Part shown: positions 47,591 through 58,467 of the stretch, in pieces
Layout of the letters: each line of letters starts with the position of its first letter
Position numbering within the stretch: position 1 is the first letter of the stretch
Source: a bacterium
GTDB taxonomy: Bacteria; Patescibacteriota; Microgenomatia; Daviesbacterales; UBA10151
Length of the DNA: 64,000 bases
Direction of reading: 5' to 3'
NCBI GenBank assembly: GCA_021786105.1
Contig: JAJYNW010000005.1
Span: 32,001-96,000 of the forward strand
The notes under the pieces: generated by a model
The model's input: only the letters and a program-made list of their open reading frames with translations
Told to the model about the DNA's origin: nothing
Databases searched by the model: none
Program-made: the position numbers and the translations under genes

Positions 47591-49969
47591 TTCCTTGTGT
47601 CTTAGAACAGAAGCTAAGGTAAAGGTTCCTAATATTATGAAGCTCACTACGGAGATCCATAATCCATATTTAAATGAATCCGGTTCGAACTTGAATTGAA
47701 TTAATGATTCCCCTGTTTCGATTTCTACAGCTCGAAAGATACCGTCGGCAACTATCAATTTCTGTGGCTTGTCGTTTACATAAACTTTCCACCCTGGATA
47801 GTAGGTGTCGGTAAGCATTAATATCCCCCCGTTTTTAGTTTGAGTTTTAATATCAACTTCATTTGGTAAGTAACTTACAATTTTTGCTTGATCGGTAGGT
47901 GATATATTGTAACTACTTTGCGTGGGCTTATTATCCAAAATCACTTTCTTAGAAAAGTCATAGCCTTCATGAATTTTGGTTAGCGCTTCTTGGTAATCTG
48001 TTTCAATATCAAAATCCCCAAAAATTTTAACTCTTGGCAAGACGTTAGTGTTTTCTAAAACTATGTTACTTTGGTCTGTGAATACTTCCTTAAACTTAGG
48101 TTTAGAAAATTTTGCTGAAATACTTCCTTGTTTATCTATTGATCCGTTTGACTTTCTCTTGGCTACAACCAGGTATTTGACACCAGCTAAGTCTAGTATG
48201 GGTGAGTTATAGCCGCTAAGTTCGGCATACCTGGTAAAGGTATTTTTTGTGGGGTTGCCATTGTAAACGTTATAAAAGGTGGCATATTGTTTGGAATATA
48301 AGGGATCGTAGCCTGAAGGAGACATTAATTTGTAGGACATCCAGGTATTAGGAGGTAAAGTTTCGCTCTGTTCCCTTTCAACCCTAAAGTTTCCCATATT
48401 TTTTTGGAGAAACTCTAAAGTTGGTGTTTCTGGAAACAGATAACTGTTGGGCACAAAGGGATTATATTTTAAACCAAAACGAAAAAGATCAAAAATAGCG
48501 AGAACAAGAATTAGGGGGATGAGAAGTTTGGAAGAAGAAATAAATCTAATTCCCAACAGAAGGAAAGAAATTAACCCTAACGGCAGTATTAGATTTTTTA
48601 GGGCAACAGAAAGATGAGCGATATCCTCGGAGCTTAAGAAGGTTAACGGTTTTTTAAGTATTGTGACAGCTAAGGCAATAGCAATAGTTATGGATAGCGT
48701 AATAATCCAAGCCCCGAACGCAGACCTTAAAGTTAGTTTTCGGGAGGCTAAAAGATTATTTAGGCCGAATGCTGTAAGAATGGCGGCAGAAAAATCTACC
48801 AAAAATAAGGCTCGTGAGGCATAACTTGTAGAAAGTAGGGGAACGTGCAGTTGATAGATTAGTCTTCCTACCGGATTATCAAATACCAAGAATAAAGAGA
48901 TGATAAAAACACTGGTAAAGAAAGTAGTAATAAAATTATGTCTTTTGAATATGGCAGTAATAATTAAAGGAATGGAAATAATCCCAAAATATCCGGTAGT
49001 TTCGTGGTAGATAAATCCCCAGAAATTTCCGGTAGCAGGATTGCCAAAGAAGTCGGGTGCAAAAAAAGTGACAATATTTTGCAAGGGGAGCAAGCCAAAG
49101 TTATACATAATAATGTTTTTATCGGTTTGCCTGATGGAGTTTTGAAAAAGCTCAAATGTGGGAAGGATCTGAATAGCTGCCAGACCCAGACCGATAAGGT
49201 AGAAGGCAATTCCTTTCCAAAAAACTTTGAGTGCCGTTTTTGTGATACCGTGAACAAATACCAACCTTCCCAATAAATAGAGTGCGGATATCGTTAAAGA
49301 GTAAAAAGAAACTTGAAAATTACCGGCTGAAAGAAGAATAAAAATTGCCAGGGATATTCCAGATAACCAGAAAGTTTTTTGTTGCCTAAGAAATTTTTCT
49401 ATAAGGAAAAGAATTAACGGGAGCCAGATGGCAGTTTGGGCGGGAGAGTTATACTCAAGAAAAATCATTAAGAATCCTGAAAAAGCGTAAGTTATGGCTC
49501 CTAAGATGGCAGCTGGTTGCCTCAGCTTAATCTCTTGTAGATACAGATAAGTAAATACCATGGACAGGAATGGTTGTAACATAATAATGGCAGTCCACCC
49601 GCGGATATTTCCCATTACGAGCATGAGAATATTTAAAGGATAAAAAACTACCGACTGCCAATCAGCAAGAAGAGGAGTTCCGGAGAAAGAATAAGGATTC
49701 CAAAGTGGAACAAAGCCCTGCCTGAAGGTATTAATCACTAGCTCTCTCCAGGGATAATATTGGGAAAAAACATCGGAAATGATCGGATTTTTGACAGGTA
49801 CCCCTACGGTAGATCCCCATTTATAATCTAGCCAAGGTAAGTAGGTCCCAACCAGTGCATCCGCAGGAATGGGGATTTTACCTAAGAATACTTGATAAAA
49901 AAAGAGCAGAGTTAAGAATGCAAAAAGAAGGATAGCCAAAAAATTCCTATTCTTTGCTAGGCTCAACAT
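47570..49969 (-). CDS. YfhO-family GT-C membrane protein (opposite strand)
   Basis: SDVFSQYYPW, PLWNPYSFSGTP, FYPLN, GYDP, C-terminal DTYYPGWKVYVN...FRAV; start at ATG 49969. Confidence 0.82.
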   Translation of the reverse strand: MLSLAKNRNFLAILLFAFLTLLFFYQVFLGKIPIPADALVGTYLPWLDYKWGSTVGVPVKNPIISDVFSQYYPWRELVINTFRQGFVPLWNPYSFSGTPLLADWQSVVFYPLNILMLVMGNIRGWTAIIMLQPFLSMVFTYLYLQEIKLRQPAAILGAITYAFSGFLMIFLEYNSPAQTAIWLPLILFLIEKFLRQQKTFWLSGISLAIFILLSAGNFQVSFYSLTISALYLLGRLVFVHGITKTALKVFWKGIAFYLIGLGLAAIQILPTFELFQNSIRQTDKNIIMYNFGLLPLQNIVTFFAPDFFGNPATGNFWGFIYHETTGYFGIISIPLIITAIFKRHNFITTFFTSVFIISLFLVFDNPVGRLIYQLHVPLLSTSYASRALFLVDFSAAILTAFGLNNLLASRKLTLRSAFGAWIITLSITIAIALAVTILKKPLTFLSSEDIAHLSVALKNLILPLGLISFLLLGIRFISSSKLLIPLILVLAIFDLFRFGLKYNPFVPNSYLFPETPTLEFLQKNMGNFRVEREQSETLPPNTWMSYKLMSPSGYDPLYSKQYATFYNVYNGNPTKNTFTRYAELSGYNSPILDLAGVKYLVVAKRKSNGSIDKQGSISAKFSKPKFKEVFTDQSNIVLENTNVLPRVKIFGDFDIETDYQEALTKIHEGYDFSKKVILDNKPTQSSYNISPTDQAKIVSYLPNEVDIKTQTKNGGILMLTDTYYPGWKVYVNDKPQKLIVADGIFRAVEIETGESLIQFKFEPDSFKYGLWISVVSFIILGTFTLASVLRHKESNITFS

Positions 49970-50095
49970 GACCTTATCATAGCATATAAGCATCTTGTAT
50001 TTGTGCATTTTAGCCTCAAATGGTGTATGATTCCTCGATTGCTTTCCTAAGGTAGCAATCTTTGCTAAACTTAAGAAAGAGGCCAGAACTAACTT

Positions 50096-50899
50096 ATGAT
50101 TTCCGTTATTGTTATTACGAAGAACGAAGAAGAAAGAATTAAGGCGTGCCTGGAGTCCGTAAAATGGGCTGATGAAATTATCATTGCTGACACAGGCTCA
50201 ACCGATAACACTCTTGAAATTGCCCGAGGGTATACAAAAAATATTTTTGCTTGTAAGGGAAACAATTTTATGGTTTGGAGAAACGAAGCTATAGAGAAGG
50301 CTTCAGGAGATTGGATCCTTTATTTAGACAGTGACGAGAGGGTTTTAGAGTCTTTACGAAAAGAAATAGAAGAGGTAACCAAATCAGCAGAAAATTCAGC
50401 TTATGCCATTTCCCGGAGGAATATAATTTTTGGCCAGGAAGAAAAATATGGACCTTTTTGGCCGGATTGGGTTGTCAGGCTCTTTAAAAAATCTGATTTT
50501 GAGACTTGGGTAGGGGAAGTACATGAATATCCAAAGTTTAAGGGAAGGTTAGGCTACACAAAGAATTCGTTTTTGCATTTGACCCATCGGGACATAGACC
50601 ATGTGGTTCTTAAGAGTTTATCGTGGTCTAAAATTGATGCCAAGTTGAGGTTGGAAGCAGGCCATCCCCAAATTTCTGGGTGGAGACTTCTAAGAATTTT
50701 AACAACAGAACTTTTTAACCAGGGCATAAAAAGAAAAGGTTTTTTTTCGGGAACTGTGGGGGTAATTGATTCCCTGATGCAGACGTTTAGCATGGTGATT
50801 ACCTATATCAGACTTTGGGAATTGCAACAGCCAAAGACACGCAGAGAAGTTTATCAGGATTTGGACAAAAAATTAATTGAGAGTAATTTTAACTTCTGA
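50096..50899 (+). CDS. GT2 glycosyltransferase (WaaE/KdtX-like)
   Basis: KNEEERI, GSTDNT, LDSDER, WPD, VHE. Confidence 0.88.
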   Translation: MISVIVITKNEEERIKACLESVKWADEIIIADTGSTDNTLEIARGYTKNIFACKGNNFMVWRNEAIEKASGDWILYLDSDERVLESLRKEIEEVTKSAENSAYAISRRNIIFGQEEKYGPFWPDWVVRLFKKSDFETWVGEVHEYPKFKGRLGYTKNSFLHLTHRDIDHVVLKSLSWSKIDAKLRLEAGHPQISGWRLLRILTTELFNQGIKRKGFFSGTVGVIDSLMQTFSMVITYIRLWELQQPKTRREVYQDLDKKLIESNFNF

Positions 50900-51975
50900 T
50901 GAAAATTGGTATTTATACTCCGTATTTGGATAGTTTTGGTGGAGGCGAAAGGTATATGCTCACTATTGCTGAGGCTTTATTATTAGACCATGAGGTGGAT
51001 ATTTTTTTGGATAATCACTTATCTTCCAAAGAACCCGATAAATTAATTTCTGATTTGGCTGCCCGTTTTAATTTAAATCTTTCAAAAACCAATCTGATTA
51101 AAGCACCATTGGGATTAGGTGGAAAATTTTTTAAAAAGAACTCGTTTCTTAAAAAATATGACTTAATTTTTTATTTAACTGATGGGAGCGTTTTTTACTC
51201 AACTGCCAAAAAAAGCATAATTCACTTTCAGGTTCCTTTTAAAAATACTGCAGCCAAAAATCCCTGGGGAAGGATTAAACTCTCAACATGGAATTTAGCT
51301 ATCTGCAACTCCTGTTTTACCCAAGAGGTTATTAAAAAAGAATGGCCTATTAAAACAGAAGTTGTTTACCCGCCCGTAGAGGTTGAGGCGGTTAAGCCTC
51401 TAAAAAAGAAAAAACAAATACTTACTGTAGGACGTTTCACCAGTTTCACTAAATCTAAAAAACAGGAGGAAATGATAAATGCTTTTGTGGATTTATATAA
51501 AACCGGAAAGATAGACGGATGGAGTTTTCATTTAGCGGGATCTGTGGAGGGGGATGAAAAATATATACAGGAATTAAAGGAACAAGCGAAAGGATTCCCT
51601 GTGTCATTTTATCCAAACCTTCCATTTAAAAATTTGGTGAAACTTTATGGGGAATCAAGTATATATTGGCATGCAGCCGGGTTTGGGGAAGATGATCCGG
51701 CAAAGATGGAGCACTTCGGAATTACCACAGTTGAAGCAATGGCAGGAGGGTGTGTGCCGATTGTCATTAATAAAGGCGGCCAACCGGAGATAGTAGAAAA
51801 CGGTAAGTCAGGGTTGTTGTGGAACAGTTTAGAAGAATTGCAGGCACTAACGCTGCAAATTATTAAAGATCAAAAACTGATGGAAGAGATTGGGGATCAT
51901 GCGATTTCCCGGAGCAAGTTTTTCTCAAAAGGGAAATTTGAGGAAAAGATCAAATTTCTTGTAAAAACTATATGA
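50899..51975 (+). CDS. GT4 glycosyltransferase (ALG11-like motifs)
   Basis: GGGERY, VVYPPV, VGRF, EHFGITTVEAMA, GGQPEIV. Confidence 0.88.
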   Translation: MKIGIYTPYLDSFGGGERYMLTIAEALLLDHEVDIFLDNHLSSKEPDKLISDLAARFNLNLSKTNLIKAPLGLGGKFFKKNSFLKKYDLIFYLTDGSVFYSTAKKSIIHFQVPFKNTAAKNPWGRIKLSTWNLAICNSCFTQEVIKKEWPIKTEVVYPPVEVEAVKPLKKKKQILTVGRFTSFTKSKKQEEMINAFVDLYKTGKIDGWSFHLAGSVEGDEKYIQELKEQAKGFPVSFYPNLPFKNLVKLYGESSIYWHAAGFGEDDPAKMEHFGITTVEAMAGGCVPIVINKGGQPEIVENGKSGLLWNSLEELQALTLQIIKDQKLMEEIGDHAISRSKFFSKGKFEEKIKFLVKTI

Positions 51976-52790
51976 ATAAAATAAGCGTTATCACGGTTAC
52001 CTACAACAGTGAGAGAACCATTAAAGAATGTCTTGAATCCATAAAGAAATTTTCACCTGAATCGGAAATTATTGTGGTGGACAATGGTTCTAATGATAGA
52101 ACCTTAGAAATTATTGAGAGTATTGGTAAAAAAATAAAATTAATTGAAACAGGGGAAAATCTAGGATTTTCTAAAGCAAATAATTTAGGGGCAAAAGATG
52201 CAATAGGGGACTACTTAGTTTTCTTAAACCCTGATGCAATATTAACCAAAAATGGTGATTTGGAATCTTTAAAGAAGATACTGGAGAAAAACCCCCAGTA
52301 TGCCATTTTAGGGCCGAAACTCATTTATCCGGATAATGCCCTTCAACCCAAAGCAAGGAATTTACCGACCGTGTTTCGGGCTTTTGAAGAATATGTATTA
52401 GGATTAAGGGGAGCATATAGTTTTTATGAACCTAAGTGTCAGAATTTTTGTGAGGTGGAAAGTGTAAACGGTGCCTGTATGATTATCAGAAAAGAACTAT
52501 TTAATAGTATTGGAGGTTTTGATGAAAAATATTTTATGTATTACGAGGAACTTGATTTATGCAGGAAGCTGCGTAAATTGGGAAAGAAAATCGGGTTTGC
52601 GCCTGAGGCGGTAGTGATCCATGCAGAAGGTATATCGTCTGGCCAAAACGAGAAAACTGCAGCGATAATGAAAGACTCAGCAAAGAAATATTTCGGCCTT
52701 TTGAATTATTTCTTACTACAACCGATCTTTTTCTATAACCGAATTCTCAATAGAATCAGAAAAACCATTGGGCTTAGGGTTTATGCCTAA
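51972..52790 (+). CDS. GT2 glycosyltransferase (rhamnosyltransferase/WbbL-like)
   Basis: VDNGSND, NLGFSKANN, LNPD, GACM, FDEKYFMYYEE. Confidence 0.87.
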   Translation: MNKISVITVTYNSERTIKECLESIKKFSPESEIIVVDNGSNDRTLEIIESIGKKIKLIETGENLGFSKANNLGAKDAIGDYLVFLNPDAILTKNGDLESLKKILEKNPQYAILGPKLIYPDNALQPKARNLPTVFRAFEEYVLGLRGAYSFYEPKCQNFCEVESVNGACMIIRKELFNSIGGFDEKYFMYYEELDLCRKLRKLGKKIGFAPEAVVIHAEGISSGQNEKTAAIMKDSAKKYFGLLNYFLLQPIFFYNRILNRIRKTIGLRVYA

Positions 52791-52805
52791 AGTATAATTG
52801 CCATT

Positions 52806-54458
52806 ATGAGTAAAAAGACCCTTTTTCTTTTAATTTTAATCACCGCTTTAGCCTTTTTCTTAAGGTTCTATAAAGTGACAGAAGTTCCTCCTTCTTTAAA
52901 CTGGGATGAAGTTTCCATTGGCTACAACGCTTATTCTGTATTAAAGACCGGTAGGGATGAATGGGGAGTTCTATTACCGGTTCACTTTGAAGCGTTCGGT
53001 GAATTTAAGCTTCCTGTACAAATTTATGCCTCTATTCCTGCAATCGCCATTTTTGGTCTAAATGATTTTGGAGTCAGAATTACACCTGTTGTTTACGGAA
53101 CATTAACAGTGCTTCTGCTTTTCTTTCTGGCAAGGAAAATTTTCAAAAGTGATTTTATTGGATTAGCATCCGCATTCCTTTTGGCATTTTCACCCTGGCA
53201 TATTCAGCTGACTAGAGCCTCATTTGAATCATCATTTTCAGTCTTTTGGGTACTTTTAGGAATGCTGCTTTTTATTAAGGGATTTGAAAAGAAGAAATAC
53301 TTTGCCTGGTCAATGGTCCCCTTTGCTATTTCTGTATATACCTACAATAGTGCCCGTGTCTTTACACCCATGTTCTTAGTTGCCTTACTTTATATATACC
53401 GCAATTACTTTTGGAAGTTTCGCAAAGCTCTAGCAATTTCTGCGGCCGTCTTTGCTGTTTGTATGTTGCCTTTGATGCCATCACTTCTAGGCAGTGAAAG
53501 AAATGCCCGATTTAAACTGGTGAGCGTTACAGATGACCCGGGTTTGTTGCCAAGAATTAACCAAAACCGGGGTAACTCAACTCTACCGCAACCGCTGCCC
53601 AGATTGGTCAACAATAAAATCACCTATGTTTCTTTTTATGTGGTTGAACATTATCTAGCTCACTTTACTCCGCAATTCCTCTTTATAAGTGGCGCTCCCC
53701 ATAAACAACACCATGTGCAGGGTATGGGGGAGCTTTATTATTTCCAGGCGCCGTTTCTTTTGTTAGGGTTGTACTTTTTGTTTAAAAAGAAACAACAATA
53801 CAGATGGCTTTTAAGCTCCTGGGTACTTTTGGCTTTTATTCCGGTTTCTATTACCAATGACAGTATCCCACATGCATTAAGGACATTAATTGCGGCTCCT
53901 TTTTATCAATTGGTTACGGCTTTTGGTGCTTATGAAGTATATTTGTGGTTGAAGCAAAAACATGTGAGTTGGCGGATACTAATCGGCACAATTTTGGCTC
54001 TGGTTATGATGTTTGAGTTGGGACGTTACCTGAACAATTACTACAATATATATCCTAATCTCTATTCCCGGGATTGGCAGTACGGATATGAACAGGTTGT
54101 TAACTATATAAGAGATCATCAGAATGAATATGACGAAATTGTTTTTAGCAGGACATATGGGGAGCCGCACATTTTTACTCTGTTCTATTTAAATTATGAT
54201 CCTTACGAGTACCAACATGATCCCAATTTGGTGCGCTATGAGACTAACGATTGGGTTTGGGTTTTAAGGTTTGGAAAATTCTATTTCCCTGATTTAGGAG
54301 ACAAGGGAACTCATTTTACTGACATTGTTGCTCAAAATCCGGGTAAAAAAATATTATTTATCGGAAAACCCGGCGACTTTCCCCCTAACATACCGCCGCT
54401 CAAACAAATTAAGTTCTTGAATGGTGACTTGGATTTTGAAATAGTGGAGGTAAGATGA
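52806..54458 (+). CDS. GT-C glycosyltransferase, ArnT/PMT-like (tandem paralogue 1)
   Basis: WDEVSIGYNAYSVLKTGRDEWG, FGEFKLP, PHALR. Confidence 0.82.
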   Translation: MSKKTLFLLILITALAFFLRFYKVTEVPPSLNWDEVSIGYNAYSVLKTGRDEWGVLLPVHFEAFGEFKLPVQIYASIPAIAIFGLNDFGVRITPVVYGTLTVLLLFFLARKIFKSDFIGLASAFLLAFSPWHIQLTRASFESSFSVFWVLLGMLLFIKGFEKKKYFAWSMVPFAISVYTYNSARVFTPMFLVALLYIYRNYFWKFRKALAISAAVFAVCMLPLMPSLLGSERNARFKLVSVTDDPGLLPRINQNRGNSTLPQPLPRLVNNKITYVSFYVVEHYLAHFTPQFLFISGAPHKQHHVQGMGELYYFQAPFLLLGLYFLFKKKQQYRWLLSSWVLLAFIPVSITNDSIPHALRTLIAAPFYQLVTAFGAYEVYLWLKQKHVSWRILIGTILALVMMFELGRYLNNYYNIYPNLYSRDWQYGYEQVVNYIRDHQNEYDEIVFSRTYGEPHIFTLFYLNYDPYEYQHDPNLVRYETNDWVWVLRFGKFYFPDLGDKGTHFTDIVAQNPGKKILFIGKPGDFPPNIPPLKQIKFLNGDLDFEIVEVR

Positions 54459-56002
54459 GGAAACCCTGGCTAATATTGCTGGCTATTTTATGTCTCTTTT
54501 TGGCTACTAGGTTTTATAAGCTTGGTGAGGTTCCGGTTTCAGCTTATTGGGACGAGGCATCTATTGGATATAATGCTTATTCGATTTTACAGACCGGTAA
54601 AGATGAATGGGGAAATTCGTTTCCGCTGCACTTTAAGGCTTTCGGAGAATATAAACTTCCTTTTTATATATATGCTACTGTTTTACCAGTAAAATTATTT
54701 GGCTTAAATGAATTTAGTGTTAGGCTGCCATCGGTAATTTTTGCACTATTTAATGTATTACTTATGTACTTCATTGCAAAAAAGATTTCCGGGAAACAGT
54801 CTGTAGGGTTATTAAGCGCTTTCTTTTTGTCTATCTCACCGTATTTCTTTATTTTTTCCAGGACGGGATATGAAGCAGTTCCGGGAATGACCTTTTTCCT
54901 TTTGGGGGTCCTCTTCTTCCTTAAATCCCAGCAAAGACCTTGGTGGTTTCTATTGACCGGATTGGTTATGGCTGTAAGTATGTATGTCTATAATGGGTAT
55001 CGGATTATCTCTCCGCTTGTTTTATTAATTTTTACTGTTCAACTTTTTGTTCTTCATAAGAAAAATTTAGTTAAGAATTTTACCCCTATTGTATTAGCTG
55101 GGGTCATTTTCCTAATAGGCTGTTATCCTCTAATTAATTTCTTAAGAAGCGATGGTTCTGTTAGTCGTTTTCAGGCTATTGGTATTGAAGGTTTGGATAG
55201 AAAGAAAATTTTCGTTGGCCTCGATATTGCCAAAAACTATCTTACTCACTTTAATCCGGTGTATTTATTTGTGGACGGAGATAAAAACCTACGTTCTCAA
55301 ATAGCGGGTTTTGGAGAACTTTATGTTTTTGATGCTGGATTATTAGTGTTTGGTTTAATTTTTTTAAGGAAAAATCCGAAATTGAGTAGGTGGCCGCTAG
55401 CGCTACTTTTAATTGGATTTTTACCGGCAGCTGTGACCCGAGAAGTCCCCCATGCATTAAGGTCTCTAGCTGCTGCGCCGTTTCTCAGTATGGTTTCCGC
55501 ATTGGGTGTAGTTTATCTGCAAGACAAACTGGCTATAGAGAAAGGGAAAGTGGTTCTAGCTGTTGTAGGAATATATCTGGCATTTTTCTTGGTTTACTTC
55601 AATAATTTTCTTACTGTTTATCCAGCTCAGAGTTCCGCTTCCTGGCAACAAGATTATAAATTAATTTACCAAGATTATTCCAAGGAATTTAGTAACTATG
55701 ACCATATCTTAATTTCTGACAGATACGATCAGCCGTATATTTTTTCGCTCTTTTACCAAAAATACGATCCAAATAAATTCCGGTCCGAGGTTGTATATAA
55801 CACTGATAATCGAAGGGCAACTTCTTTAGTAAAGAGTTTTGACAAATATATTTTTGATGATATTGATTTTAATCAGCTACCACCTGGAAAGACTCTAATC
55901 TTTTCTCATCCCACTGACAGGTTAAATGAACTTTGGGTAAAAAATATTTTGTATCACAGTGACGGAACTGTTGCCTTTTATGTTTACGAATATCAAAAGT
56001 GA
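54455..56002 (+). CDS. GT-C glycosyltransferase, ArnT/PMT-like (tandem paralogue 2)
   Basis: WDEASIGYNAYSILQTGKDEWG, FGEYKLP, PHALR. Confidence 0.82.
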   Translation: MRKPWLILLAILCLFLATRFYKLGEVPVSAYWDEASIGYNAYSILQTGKDEWGNSFPLHFKAFGEYKLPFYIYATVLPVKLFGLNEFSVRLPSVIFALFNVLLMYFIAKKISGKQSVGLLSAFFLSISPYFFIFSRTGYEAVPGMTFFLLGVLFFLKSQQRPWWFLLTGLVMAVSMYVYNGYRIISPLVLLIFTVQLFVLHKKNLVKNFTPIVLAGVIFLIGCYPLINFLRSDGSVSRFQAIGIEGLDRKKIFVGLDIAKNYLTHFNPVYLFVDGDKNLRSQIAGFGELYVFDAGLLVFGLIFLRKNPKLSRWPLALLLIGFLPAAVTREVPHALRSLAAAPFLSMVSALGVVYLQDKLAIEKGKVVLAVVGIYLAFFLVYFNNFLTVYPAQSSASWQQDYKLIYQDYSKEFSNYDHILISDRYDQPYIFSLFYQKYDPNKFRSEVVYNTDNRRATSLVKSFDKYIFDDIDFNQLPPGKTLIFSHPTDRLNELWVKNILYHSDGTVAFYVYEYQK

Positions 56003-57602
56003 GAAAAGATTAATTTTTGTTGTCCTGCTACTAATTCTTGGATTGGCTTCTGTTCTGCGTTTTTATAAATTAGACCAGGTCCCCCCGGCAATTTATTGGG
56101 ACGAGGCAGCTAATGGTTATAACGCTTATACCATTGCCAATTGGGGCCGAGATGAATGGGGGAAATTTTTACCCACCTCTTTTAAGTCATTTGGAGATGA
56201 TAAGAATCCGGTGCACATATATCTCACAGTAATTCCGGTAAGGATCTTAGGTCTAAACGAATTTAGCACCCGTTTACCGGCAGCCTTAATGGGGATCTTA
56301 GGTGTATTAATGGTTTATCTGTTGGGAGAAGCGATCTTTAACAACAAGAAAATTGGGCTTATTTCAGCGTTAGTTTTTGCTGTTTCCCCTTATACCTTAC
56401 AATTTTCCCGTTTTAACCATGAAGCGATTTTTACAATTTTCTTTTTCATGCTGGGGTTATGGTTGTTTTTAAAAGGTGTAAAAGTTAAGCCTAAACTTAT
56501 TCCTTTATCATTTTTTGTTTTTGGAGTTTCTATTTTAACCTACCACTCAGCAAAGATTGTAGTGCCACCCGTTATACTACTGCTTATTGTTTTGTATTTT
56601 AAAGACCTTTGGAAGCAAAAAGGGTTATTTTTGGGAGGACTAATTATTCTGGGGATAGTTATGAGCGTATTTATTTTTAACCCCGCACTTTTAGGGATGG
56701 CCCGGGCTAGCCAAACTTCAGTACCGGTAGAATCAATCCAGAAGATGAGTCTTTATAAAAAAACAGGGAATGAACTTTTAGGAAGGGTAGAGCTGAGTTG
56801 GCAAAGGTACTTAACTTACTTTGGCTATGATTTTCTCTTCGTTTCCGGAGATAAAATTGCCCGTCATTCTTCCCAGGGAGCGGGAGAATTTTACAGAATA
56901 GATTTAATATTTTTAGTTATTGGACTTTTATCCTTAATCCGTTATCGAAGGAAAGAAAGTCTAATTCTTTTGTCTTGGGCGGTTTTGGCACCCATCCCCG
57001 GAAGCATCGCTGGAGGAATTACCGAAACAGCGCACGCAGGCAGGTCGCTTTTTATAATGGGTAGTTGGCATCTACTGGCTGGACTGGGTTACTATAGTTT
57101 CTTAAAAATTTTCCGGAAAACTTGGGTCATTGTAATTGTCGGGGTGATACTTTTGGGTATTTTAGGGTGGCAGATGAAAGATTATCTGAATTATTACTAT
57201 GGTGAATATGTCACCAGATATGCTATTGAGTGGCAATATGGAATGAAACAAATTTCCCAGTATCTTCAGGAACATGATGGATATTCCCAGGTTTATATTA
57301 CTGATGCCAGGGTAGAGCCATATATCTTCCTTCTTTACTATATGCAGGTACCGTTACCAAGATTTTTGGATACGGTTTACTACAACGATACACAGAGCCG
57401 TCCATCTAATTTAGTGACTTTTTTTGATAAGTATCATTTTGGAGACTGGGACCCAATTGAGAGTTTCCCAAATCCCGGTGTCCTTTATGTCCTGACTCCC
57501 AGCCAATATGATGGATTACGATATAAACAACAATTTAAAGTGAAAAAACTGATAAAATATCCTAATGGGCTGGATGCCTTTTATCTGGTAGCCCTTTATT
57601 AA
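55980..57602 (+). CDS. GT-C glycosyltransferase, ArnT/PMT-like (tandem paralogue 3)
   Basis: WDEAANGYNAYTIANWGRDEWG, FGDDKNP, HAGR; start uncertain (55959 or 55980). Confidence 0.82.
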   Translation: MFTNIKSEKRLIFVVLLLILGLASVLRFYKLDQVPPAIYWDEAANGYNAYTIANWGRDEWGKFLPTSFKSFGDDKNPVHIYLTVIPVRILGLNEFSTRLPAALMGILGVLMVYLLGEAIFNNKKIGLISALVFAVSPYTLQFSRFNHEAIFTIFFFMLGLWLFLKGVKVKPKLIPLSFFVFGVSILTYHSAKIVVPPVILLLIVLYFKDLWKQKGLFLGGLIILGIVMSVFIFNPALLGMARASQTSVPVESIQKMSLYKKTGNELLGRVELSWQRYLTYFGYDFLFVSGDKIARHSSQGAGEFYRIDLIFLVIGLLSLIRYRRKESLILLSWAVLAPIPGSIAGGITETAHAGRSLFIMGSWHLLAGLGYYSFLKIFRKTWVIVIVGVILLGILGWQMKDYLNYYYGEYVTRYAIEWQYGMKQISQYLQEHDGYSQVYITDARVEPYIFLLYYMQVPLPRFLDTVYYNDTQSRPSNLVTFFDKYHFGDWDPIESFPNPGVLYVLTPSQYDGLRYKQQFKVKKLIKYPNGLDAFYLVALY

Positions 57603-57606
57603 AAAG

Positions 57607-58467
57607 ATGAAAATATCGGTAGCGTTAGCTGCATACAATGAAGAGGAGAATATTGGCGAGTGCTTAAAATCTATCCAGGATTTAGCGGATGAGATAGTTG
57701 TGGTGGTTGGTAAGTCTCCGGATAAGACGGCTGAAATAGCTAGAGGCTTTGGTGCAAAGGTTGTGGAAATTGAGAATGACCCAACAATGTTTCACAGGAT
57801 GAAACAAAAAGCTTTTGATTTAGCTCAGGGCGAATGGGTTCTCTATTTAGATGCGGATGAGAGGGTTTCTTTAAAACTTGCTGAGGAAATTAAAAAAATA
57901 ACCTCAATGAGTGATGAGGAAATTGAAAAATATCAAAAAAGTCTCAAGGACAGAAACCTATTTTTGCGCCACCAAAAGTTATTGGAGGGCAGGGATGGCA
58001 AAATCGGCGATGAGAATAAAGAATACGTTGCTTTTTTCTTTCCGCGTTTAAACTTTTTCCTGGGTAAATACTTACGTTTTGGAGGTGTATATCCGGATGG
58101 TGTGATTAGGCTATTTAAGAAGGGTAAGGCCCATCTTCCCTGTAAGGATGTCCATGAACAGATGACGGTTGAAGGCAAAGTGGGCTGGCTGCAAAATGAT
58201 TTATTGCATATGGCGGATCCAACATTTTCCAGATATTTAAACAGAAACAGCCGTTATATAAGTTTAATTGCCGGCCAGTTAAAAGACCAAAAAGTTGGCA
58301 AAAACTTCCTTCAATTTTTTAATTATTTTATTTTTAAGCCCATACACTGGTTTATTCTGACACAGGTAAGGCATAAAGGTATTCTGGATGGTTTCCAGGG
58401 GATAGTTTTTTCTTTCTTTTCTGCTTTGAGGTTCCCGCGGGCTTACTGGAGGTACTTAACTCAATGA
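57607..58467 (+). CDS. GT2 glycosyltransferase (WaaE/KdtX-like)
   Basis: YNEEENI, SPDKT, LDADER, YPD..IRLF, VHE. Confidence 0.87.
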   Translation: MKISVALAAYNEEENIGECLKSIQDLADEIVVVVGKSPDKTAEIARGFGAKVVEIENDPTMFHRMKQKAFDLAQGEWVLYLDADERVSLKLAEEIKKITSMSDEEIEKYQKSLKDRNLFLRHQKLLEGRDGKIGDENKEYVAFFFPRLNFFLGKYLRFGGVYPDGVIRLFKKGKAHLPCKDVHEQMTVEGKVGWLQNDLLHMADPTFSRYLNRNSRYISLIAGQLKDQKVGKNFLQFFNYFIFKPIHWFILTQVRHKGILDGFQGIVFSFFSALRFPRAYWRYLTQ

